57,048 nucleotides of DNA, from the IMG/VR virus record IMGVR_UViG_3300046820_001085, positions 1 to 57,048 of that record; one strand, given 5' to 3'. The first letter of the stretch is position 1, and the number at the start of each line of letters is the position of its first letter. Position numbers and translations under genes: made by a program. The notes under the pieces are model-generated. The model was given only the letters and a program-made list of their open reading frames with translations. It had not been told where the DNA came from and searched no databases. This document shows positions 50,778 through 57,048 of the stretch, piece after piece. This DNA comes from a virus. Lineage: Duplodnaviria; Caudoviricetes.

Positions 50778-52054
50778 AAATCAACGAATTAAAAAGAACA
50801 ACTTTAGAAGAAGGGTTTTTAGATAATCTAATTTCTAAAGCTCAAAATATGGCAGGTGGTGACGGAGTAACTGGTTTCATCCGTGCTTTACGTGGCCAAG
50901 GCGCCGCCCTAAACAAAGTAGCAGATGGTATTGCTAATCAGGTTGAAGGCCCGTTATTAAAACAACTTGGCAACAGCGTCCAAGCAATCAAAGCAGGCCA
51001 AGCAGATGTACCTGTTGCCGCTATTATTAAGCTAGCCCTACAAGCAGGTGTATCTGTTTCACAAGCAGATAATAATGCTGTAAGTGCAGAACAAATTGTC
51101 GGCTACTTACGTGACAATAAGCAAAACGTAGTTCAGGTTGCTGGCGGTGGTGTCAACCAAGTTGCTGATACAATTGCAACAGTTGCCACAGGCGGCGAAG
51201 CAGGCCCCATTGGGTCAATGAACTTTGACCAAACTATTAAAAATGTTAGCTTGGCAATTGCATCTTCTATTATTTTATTACAAGCAGATTCACAAAGTGC
51301 AGGTCCTTTTCAAGTAGACCCAGCAGAGAAACAAAAGTTTGATCAGTTAGGACAGCAAGTCATTGATACTTTGTTTGATCCTACTAGCCAAGACTTTAGA
51401 GCACTTAAACCAAACGAAGCTCTTAAAGAAAACTTATCTGGCTTGGTTGTACACATTATCAACACAGTACAAAATAAGTTAGTAGACTTGCCAGCAGAAC
51501 GATTACAAGCATTAGCTGGTAATCCTCCCCCTATTGTTACTGCTACACAATTAAAAACTTTACTAGCCGGACATGATGCTAGCATTGATCCAAATGCTGT
51601 AAACAACATTGTAACAAAAGTTACTCCGTTGATTCAAGAACAATTAAAGGCTTGGATTGTTATTGCCGCTAAAGAACCTAAACAAGGTAAGCCTGTGTCA
51701 TTCCAGTTGTATAAAGATTGGGGCGGTGATGCATTTGGCTTAATTGACAATATGAAATTTGGTGCAGGAGCCCAAGCCGCTGGCGAAGCCCCTGCCGCAG
51801 GTGGAACACCATCAAGTCCTGAAACTGGTGGCACACCAGCAAGCGCCGAAACTGGAACAACAGCTACAACAGAACCACCACCAACAACCTCACCGCCACC
51901 TGGTGATGCGGCAATCTTTACAGATCCACAAGCACTACAAGCTGAATGGCAAAAGTTCCTGGACTCAAATGGCAGGTTGATTACTGAACCGCAAGTACTT
52001 GAGTTACTAAAAGATATGTGGAAGTATGCTGGCGGCGTAGGAAATTTCAAATGA
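50774..52054 (+). CDS. Putative internal virion protein
   Basis: N-terminus MKINEL...LEE|G. Ala/Gln-rich helical body, P/T/A linker and a C-terminal module shared with the next gene. Confidence 0.65.
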   Translation: MKINELKRTTLEEGFLDNLISKAQNMAGGDGVTGFIRALRGQGAALNKVADGIANQVEGPLLKQLGNSVQAIKAGQADVPVAAIIKLALQAGVSVSQADNNAVSAEQIVGYLRDNKQNVVQVAGGGVNQVADTIATVATGGEAGPIGSMNFDQTIKNVSLAIASSIILLQADSQSAGPFQVDPAEKQKFDQLGQQVIDTLFDPTSQDFRALKPNEALKENLSGLVVHIINTVQNKLVDLPAERLQALAGNPPPIVTATQLKTLLAGHDASIDPNAVNNIVTKVTPLIQEQLKAWIVIAAKEPKQGKPVSFQLYKDWGGDAFGLIDNMKFGAGAQAAGEAPAAGGTPSSPETGGTPASAETGTTATTEPPPTTSPPPGDAAIFTDPQALQAEWQKFLDSNGRLITEPQVLELLKDMWKYAGGVGNFK

Positions 52055-55000
52055 AAATAAAACAATTAAACAAACTGACCGAGGCACTGATTGTTAGACA
52101 GCAGGTCTTAACTGAATCGTGCAAGGGGTTAACCAACGAGCAAGCATACGTTGTAAACAGAATCTACAAAGAATTTTCACCACTGGTTGAAGCTGTATTA
52201 ACACAAGATCAAATTAACAACATCTTTAAGGGCATTGAACAAGGTGCAACAGCAGGCGGCAATAACCGTACCATGGTTGGTAAAGGTGTTGATGTTGCTA
52301 AAGAAGTTAACAAGATTATGGACCAAGTTGGTACTTGGTTACAAGATACAGCACCTGTTCAGTTCTTTGACAAGAAATTTGAAGAACTAAAAACAAAAAT
52401 TAAAAGTGGACTTGGCGAAGACAGCAAAACCATGGGCTACATCAATGCGCTTGGGCAAGCCGCAAAAGATAATCCAGGAACAACCGCCGCAGTTATTGGT
52501 CTATTGACAGTTGTTGCTGGTTTAGTTGGAAGTCCTGCCGCTGCCACTTTAGTTGCTTATACATTACGATCAGGTGTTAGCTTAGTCAAAGGTGAAAAAC
52601 TTTCTACAGCAGTTGGACAAGGTCTAAAGACAGCCGCTATTACTTGGCTTACTGGTAAAGCATTTGAACTTGTCAAAGATGCTGTCATTGCAGTTGCAGA
52701 CAAACTAGTAGATCTTGTTAGCATTACTACAAATATTACGCCTGTCAATGATGTAATTGGTAATGTAAACATGAACGTAAACGTAGATGGGCAAAGCTAT
52801 ATCAACGTCACTGAAATGCCAATGCTTAAGGCAGACTACACTCAGCTAGACGGATTAAAACAATCATTCTATGATGCAATGCCTCCAGGTGGCAACGGAG
52901 CAGATGCGGCAACAGCACTACAAGCTTTCAATGCTAAGTTAGCAGAACTTACAACAGCTGAGTATGCACAAAAAGTAGCCGAAGCGGCTTCTGGCGCCGG
53001 AGCAGATAGCTCAACATTAGCCTTCACAACATACGACACAGTTCGTGACGGTATGAATCAAGTTGGCGATGCTGTAACAGCATTGGCACAAGGTGTTGCC
53101 GCAGGTGTTAGCGCAATGCCAAACAGCACAGACGCTACAACTACACCCGATACTACAACTACACCTGAACCACAAGGTACTACATTAGATACAGACGCTG
53201 GTAAAGAACAAAGTGGCCCAGGCAATCGAAAGGTCAATGATATTGTACAATTTGGCGCCAAAGGCGAACTAAGCAATGCTCGTTGGACAGGCGAAGAAGG
53301 AAAAGAATGGGAAATCATTGGTGGCTCATTGTTTAATAGAATTATTAACGATCCGTCCACTGATAGAATGAATAACATTCAACGTGATACATCTAGCAAG
53401 ATGCACAAGTTGTTTGTAGACAAAGATAGTGCTAAACGATTGTTTACTCTTGAAGGTAGACGTTTAGCACGTGGCCAACAACGAGCAGTATTTGAAGGCA
53501 TTCAATACATTTACGAAGAGCCCAACTTGCTTGCTAAGATTCAGCAAGGTGCTACAAACCTACTAGGAAAACTTGCAGTCAAAGGCGGCAACTTAACAAA
53601 TAAAGTTACAGCAGACAAGCTACAACAGGCTTGGGTTAAAGCTGGTAAGCCAATGGACAGTGATGACATCATGGACTTCTTGGTTAAACAAGGGGTTGAT
53701 AAAAACGTTGCTGGTTCTACATTTGACAGTTTAAGTATTCCAAGAACACAACCAGCGCAAAAGAAACCAGCACCAACGCCAGATACATCTACAACGCCTG
53801 CTACACCGGATGCTACAGCTACAACAGATGCTACTCCTGCCACTGACACACCAGCTACACCAGATGCTACAGCACCCGCGCCAGCAACAGCAGATGCTAC
53901 AGCAACAACTACTCCTGCTACTGACACGCCAGCAAAACCAGCCGCTCCTACAGGAAGTATCTTTAGCGACTTTAATAGACTACGTACAGCGTGGCAACAG
54001 TTCTCTGACTCAGGCGATAACAAATTACCTATCCAAGTTAAAGGTGTGCTAGGTGATATTCTTAAGACAGCGTTCAATACAGTTGAAAGTCGTCGTATCC
54101 TAAACAACAAGCTTATCAAGCTAACAGAAGCTAAAGCACGCATTGACCACCCAGAAGATTTAGTATTTGAAGAAGGCGCCGATGGTGCAATGCGAGCTCT
54201 TAATGCTATCAAGCACGCCGCAGTTGATCCAAAGTCAAACTCTGTAAAGTGGGATGGTACTCCTGCTATTATCTTTGGTCGTGATGAAGATGGCTTTATT
54301 ATGACAGATAAGGCAGGCTTTGGTGCCAAGAAATATGATGGTATGGCACGTAGTGCCAAGATGTTCCGTGACATGATTTACAATCGTAAGCCAGACGAGC
54401 AGGGACGATTAGAGTACTCTACACAAATTGCCAAACTATATCCAATGTTAGAAAAATTAGTTCCTGCTAAATTCCGTGGATTTATCCAAGGTGACATTAT
54501 GTGGATGAGCAAACCAGAAGTTCACGATGGTGCAATTGAAATCCAACCGTTAAAGGTAAAGTATACAATTGATCCAAGTAGTGATTTGGGTAAAAAGATT
54601 AAAGCAAGTAATGCTGGTATTGTTGTACACAGCTACTTTACAGATCGTGCAGAAGAAGAGCCACGTGCAATGACTCCTGCTGAAATCGAAGCTTTAAAGC
54701 CAAGCCCGGGCCTTGTAGTGTTAAGCCCTGTAATGCAAGTTAAGTCTGCACCATTTGAAATGGCACAAAGCGATATTCAAGTAATTGAAAACGAAATTGA
54801 AAAGAGTCGTGCTGGAATTAACAAGCTATTAGACAGCTTCTCTGTAAGTGCTTTAAAGATTTCTAACTTGTCTGATATCTTTAAAAGCTTCCTAAACTAC
54901 AAAGCGGGCATTGGCGAACACGGCCCAAGCGGCAAAGAGTTCCTGGATTGGTTGAAAGATCCAAGTAGAAGCAAGCTAACAACTAATAAGATTCAAAATG

Positions 55001-55233
55001 TACTTGATCATATCTCTAAGAATAAAGCAGGCTTTACCGCAGTATTCAAAATTGCCAATATGTTGGTTGAGTTAAAGTACAGATTGAAAGATCAACTTGA
55101 TGCACATGCTAGCCAAGGTGCCGCAGTTACAGCATCAGTTAGAGAACATCCTGGCCATGAAGGCTTTGTAGCAGACACACCACACGGTAAAATTAAACTA
55201 GTAAATAGACCTGTGTTTATGAAAAAGGTATAA
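52051..55233 (+). CDS. Large putative internal virion protein with a C-terminal KxDG ligase/nucleotidyltransferase-like domain (DUF6267-like)
   Basis: Start at ATG 52051 (MKIKQL..LTE|A). Hydrophobic segment, P/A/T linkers, and C-terminal HPED, VKWDG, FIQGD, HEGFV, IKLV motifs. Confidence 0.7.
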   Translation: MKIKQLNKLTEALIVRQQVLTESCKGLTNEQAYVVNRIYKEFSPLVEAVLTQDQINNIFKGIEQGATAGGNNRTMVGKGVDVAKEVNKIMDQVGTWLQDTAPVQFFDKKFEELKTKIKSGLGEDSKTMGYINALGQAAKDNPGTTAAVIGLLTVVAGLVGSPAAATLVAYTLRSGVSLVKGEKLSTAVGQGLKTAAITWLTGKAFELVKDAVIAVADKLVDLVSITTNITPVNDVIGNVNMNVNVDGQSYINVTEMPMLKADYTQLDGLKQSFYDAMPPGGNGADAATALQAFNAKLAELTTAEYAQKVAEAASGAGADSSTLAFTTYDTVRDGMNQVGDAVTALAQGVAAGVSAMPNSTDATTTPDTTTTPEPQGTTLDTDAGKEQSGPGNRKVNDIVQFGAKGELSNARWTGEEGKEWEIIGGSLFNRIINDPSTDRMNNIQRDTSSKMHKLFVDKDSAKRLFTLEGRRLARGQQRAVFEGIQYIYEEPNLLAKIQQGATNLLGKLAVKGGNLTNKVTADKLQQAWVKAGKPMDSDDIMDFLVKQGVDKNVAGSTFDSLSIPRTQPAQKKPAPTPDTSTTPATPDATATTDATPATDTPATPDATAPAPATADATATTTPATDTPAKPAAPTGSIFSDFNRLRTAWQQFSDSGDNKLPIQVKGVLGDILKTAFNTVESRRILNNKLIKLTEAKARIDHPEDLVFEEGADGAMRALNAIKHAAVDPKSNSVKWDGTPAIIFGRDEDGFIMTDKAGFGAKKYDGMARSAKMFRDMIYNRKPDEQGRLEYSTQIAKLYPMLEKLVPAKFRGFIQGDIMWMSKPEVHDGAIEIQPLKVKYTIDPSSDLGKKIKASNAGIVVHSYFTDRAEEEPRAMTPAEIEALKPSPGLVVLSPVMQVKSAPFEMAQSDIQVIENEIEKSRAGINKLLDSFSVSALKISNLSDIFKSFLNYKAGIGEHGPSGKEFLDWLKDPSRSKLTTNKIQNVLDHISKNKAGFTAVFKIANMLVELKYRLKDQLDAHASQGAAVTASVREHPGHEGFVADTPHGKIKLVNRPVFMKKV

Positions 55234-55234
55234 T

Positions 55235-55984
55235 ATGGAAGACTTTAGTTTTATCACGGAGAACTGTAACGAAAGCAAGATGTTTCGTAACAATTACCTA
55301 TCGCAGTTGACTCTACGAGATGCAGTTGATAGCGTATTCCTTAACTTGCTTACTGTATACTTGTTAAGCAAAGAGTTTGAAACAAAACCATTTGCACAAG
55401 ACTATGCAAGACGTACAATGCAGTTTGGTAATTTTAATTTGCCAAGAGTAAGTGGAACAGATTTGTATCAAGGTCTTCACATTATATTGAATCCAGAAGG
55501 CGCCATGGCTGGCAAGTTAAAAGCACATGAACAGAATACAGCACTTGCACAAGAACTTAAAACTAATAAGAAAATGATCTTAGATTTTTTAAGAAACATT
55601 TCAACAGGTCGTGCTGATGCAACCGCTGCCATTCGCATCATGTATCGTTTGGAAGGACAAATGGGCATTGACATCAGTAACTACAAAAGCCTGCGTCGAT
55701 TGATCACAGATTGGGATAATTTGTCTACTCATCAACGCGAACTATGTGTAACTCGTTTATTACAATATTATAAAATTAGAGGTAAGCATAGTGAACTTTA
55801 TCCAGTATTAGATAAGTTGGCCTCTGGTAAAGGTTATGTATTGCATGGAGTTGAAAATGCTGAGTTGGCTGCACTAGGTGTTGGCGCAATAGCAGGTTCA
55901 AGGTCAAGCAACAGCTTCTTATCTAGTTTGGCCAAGGCGGCCGCCATGGGCGCCGCAGGTTACGCAATAGGTAGAAACCTTTAA
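55235..55984 (+). CDS. Hypothetical protein, possibly virion-internal
   Basis: 249 aa with N-terminal ITE/CNE|S and a Gly/Ala hydrophobic C-terminus. Confidence 0.7.
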   Translation: MEDFSFITENCNESKMFRNNYLSQLTLRDAVDSVFLNLLTVYLLSKEFETKPFAQDYARRTMQFGNFNLPRVSGTDLYQGLHIILNPEGAMAGKLKAHEQNTALAQELKTNKKMILDFLRNISTGRADATAAIRIMYRLEGQMGIDISNYKSLRRLITDWDNLSTHQRELCVTRLLQYYKIRGKHSELYPVLDKLASGKGYVLHGVENAELAALGVGAIAGSRSSNSFLSSLAKAAAMGAAGYAIGRNL

Positions 55985-55987
55985 ATT

Positions 55988-56407
55988 ATGTCTGATAAAA
56001 AATCATGGATGGTGCCCGGGGCACATGTAGGTGCCGACCCAGAGTTCTTTACTGCCTGGACACTATTTGACATTGGTCCAGAATGTGAAGAAAGTCGCGG
56101 AAACTTAGCAGAGCTCATGAGTGTTATTGCCGCACGTGGGCAACCATTGCTGGCTGGTATTGAATGTATAGACAAACAGGATATTAGCAACAGCTTATTT
56201 GGGGAAAATGTAACAGGTGAGCATCGAGTATGGTGCTTCAAATGGATTGCAAGCGGTATTGGCCAAATGACAGAAGAAACACTTGCAAACGAATCAAATG
56301 GGCGCAAGTTAGCAACAGGTTTGTCCGAAACATATAACGGTGCCAACACAATTATAACAGAAGGTGCCGATACAAACACCTTTTTCATCCGTCACGATTC
56401 TTTTTAA
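55988..56407 (+). CDS. Hypothetical protein
   Basis: 139-aa ORF continuing the operon. Confidence 0.65.
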   Translation: MSDKKSWMVPGAHVGADPEFFTAWTLFDIGPECEESRGNLAELMSVIAARGQPLLAGIECIDKQDISNSLFGENVTGEHRVWCFKWIASGIGQMTEETLANESNGRKLATGLSETYNGANTIITEGADTNTFFIRHDSF

Positions 56408-56532
56408 TTCGGCTAAATATACTTAATTAAAACCCCCACGTAATCACAACTCACCCTGGCTCATTAGTATAAGACATATTTTCACAACAAACTTGAGTTT
56501 GGTTGTGATTTTGCACATGGATTAACCCATTT

Positions 56533-56814
56533 ATGATTACGGAACAAACAAGTCTGGAGATGCATGTTGAGCTATGTGCTGAACGTTACGGACGCTTAGA
56601 AGAAAAGTTTAAAACTGTAGAACATCGTCTTGATGCACTTCATGACGATTTTTCCACTTTTAAAACCGACAACCAAAAGAATCTTAGTGAAATTAAAAAC
56701 TTATTAAATGGTGCTAAGGACGAGAAGTTTAAGATAATGATTACTTCTACCGCTACAATTATTGTAGCACTTTTAGCAATGTTAGGTTATGTAATAACCC
56801 ACTTGCCCAAATAA
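56533..56814 (+). CDS. Coiled-coil protein with a C-terminal transmembrane helix (XhlA/holin-like architecture)
   Basis: HVELCAERY..LEEK coiled coil and a hydrophobic TATIIVALLAMLGYVI segment. Late box at 56414. Confidence 0.6.
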   Translation: MITEQTSLEMHVELCAERYGRLEEKFKTVEHRLDALHDDFSTFKTDNQKNLSEIKNLLNGAKDEKFKIMITSTATIIVALLAMLGYVITHLPK

Positions 56815-56862
56815 GTGGTAGTATTACACAAATAAGACGCTAAATAGATCACGGAGAACATT

Positions 56863-57048
56863 ATGAAATTTAATGACATCACAACAACAATTACACCAGC
56901 ACAAGCGGCACGTTCTGCACTTCGCAAAGAAAGCATTGTAGTAGAATCATTAGGCGGTAAACGCTTACGTGAAGAATTAGCTCGTGTAAGTCGCGAAATT
57001 GACACATTAGCTAGCAAGGGTGGTAAAGAATACACTCGTGCTATCCTT
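56863..57048 (+). CDS. Partial CDS running off the window, putative head-packaged protein
   Basis: TAAATA at 56841, GGAG RBS, MKFNDITTT...; open to the end of the window. Confidence 0.65.
   Translation, partial: MKFNDITTTITPAQAARSALRKESIVVESLGGKRLREELARVSREIDTLASKGGKEYTRAIL

Noticed and set aside
614-54374. Many antisense or alternate-frame ORFs in the track (e.g. 614-1210, 35629-36162, 37952-38479, 50068-50514, 53541-54374)
   Set aside because: They lie wholly over well-supported genes and lack RBS, promoter or motif support. They are shadow ORFs caused by codon bias.
1-57048. Stop-codon reassignment, as in some large phages
   Set aside because: Core genes are full-length in the standard code and coding density is high. 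The one suspicious break (30416-30419) needs a frame change, not read-through.

Overview
The window is about 57 kb of a large lytic tailed phage of the T4-like (myovirus) superfamily, distant from T4 itself. It has no bacterial housekeeping genes, tRNAs, CRISPR array or IS. In order it holds: the probable portal C-terminus, prohead core, gp21 protease, gp22 scaffold and gp23 capsid; a holin-like gene, large Ser/Thr-rich fibre genes (one with Mtd-N and an S74 chaperone) and a GT2 glycosyltransferase; an inverted NUDIX/gp15/gp14 block; gp13, dNMP kinase, sheath, two tube-like genes, gp4, terminase subunits and putative internal head proteins; a collagen-containing fibre; a replication/recombination block (gp32, UvsX, UvsY, AAA ATPase, UvsW, gp62-like, primase, helicase); and more putative head-packaged proteins. 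Most notable: (1) a 195-aa miniature, apparently split family-C (DnaE-like) polymerase ending a coupled operon with UvsW, a Hint-like protein, a gp62-like protein and a zinc-finger protein; (2) putative capsid-packaged cargo proteins with shared LAG and N-terminal motifs and protease sites, one carrying a KxDG ligase/nucleotidyltransferase domain; (3) TAA(A/G)TA late promoters, many likely leaderless genes, and hairpins that would hide late-gene ribosome-binding sites on early transcripts. All protein identities come from motif recognition and gene order, not database searches.
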